A stretch of 16,064 nucleotides of DNA from Myxococcales bacterium (GTDB lineage Bacteria > Myxococcota > Myxococcia > Myxococcales > Anaeromyxobacteraceae): assembly GCA_038320275.1 (NCBI GenBank), contig JBBQEB010000083.1, positions 1-16,064 of the forward strand, read 5' to 3'. Numbering within the stretch: position 1 is the first letter of the stretch; the number at the start of each line of letters is the position of its first letter. The notes beneath the pieces were generated by a model that was given only the letters and a program-made list of their open reading frames with translations, searched no databases and was not told the origin of the DNA. Position numbers and translations under genes: made by a program. Below, piece after piece: positions 16,047 through 16,064 of this stretch.

Positions 16047-16064
16047 TCGCGCCCCGGGTGCTCG

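Noticed and set aside
1..16064. CRISPR arrays, tRNA/rRNA, IS elements, CueR/CsoR boxes
   Set aside because: No repeat-spacer arrays, RNA gene signatures, transposase motifs or convincing operator matches seen.

Overview
Very GC-rich DNA (Anaeromyxobacter/Myxococcota-like by style; inference) carrying a copper-homeostasis locus. Left: a partial minus-strand HAMP/NtrB-type sensor kinase with a His-rich periplasmic domain (absent from the ORF track), divergent from a sigma54-driven operon encoding a CupA-like cupredoxin, a TolC/CusC, CusB, CusA and a P1B-1 Cu(I)-ATPase (CopA). Middle: a less GC-biased patch with convergent DUF4396-like and DUF4395-like membrane genes plus a decayed, inverted 3' remnant of a second copA. 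Right: an uncharacterised module under a symmetric back-to-back sigma54 promoter pair with a central GTAC-N6-GTAC x2 site. It drives a Met/His/Cys-rich helical lipoprotein one way, and a Met/His-rich secreted protein, a TPR-like protein and a TPR + beta-barrel (Slam/DUF560-like) outer-membrane protein the other way. This right-hand module is the best candidate for an undescribed system. All family calls are by eye, without database searches.
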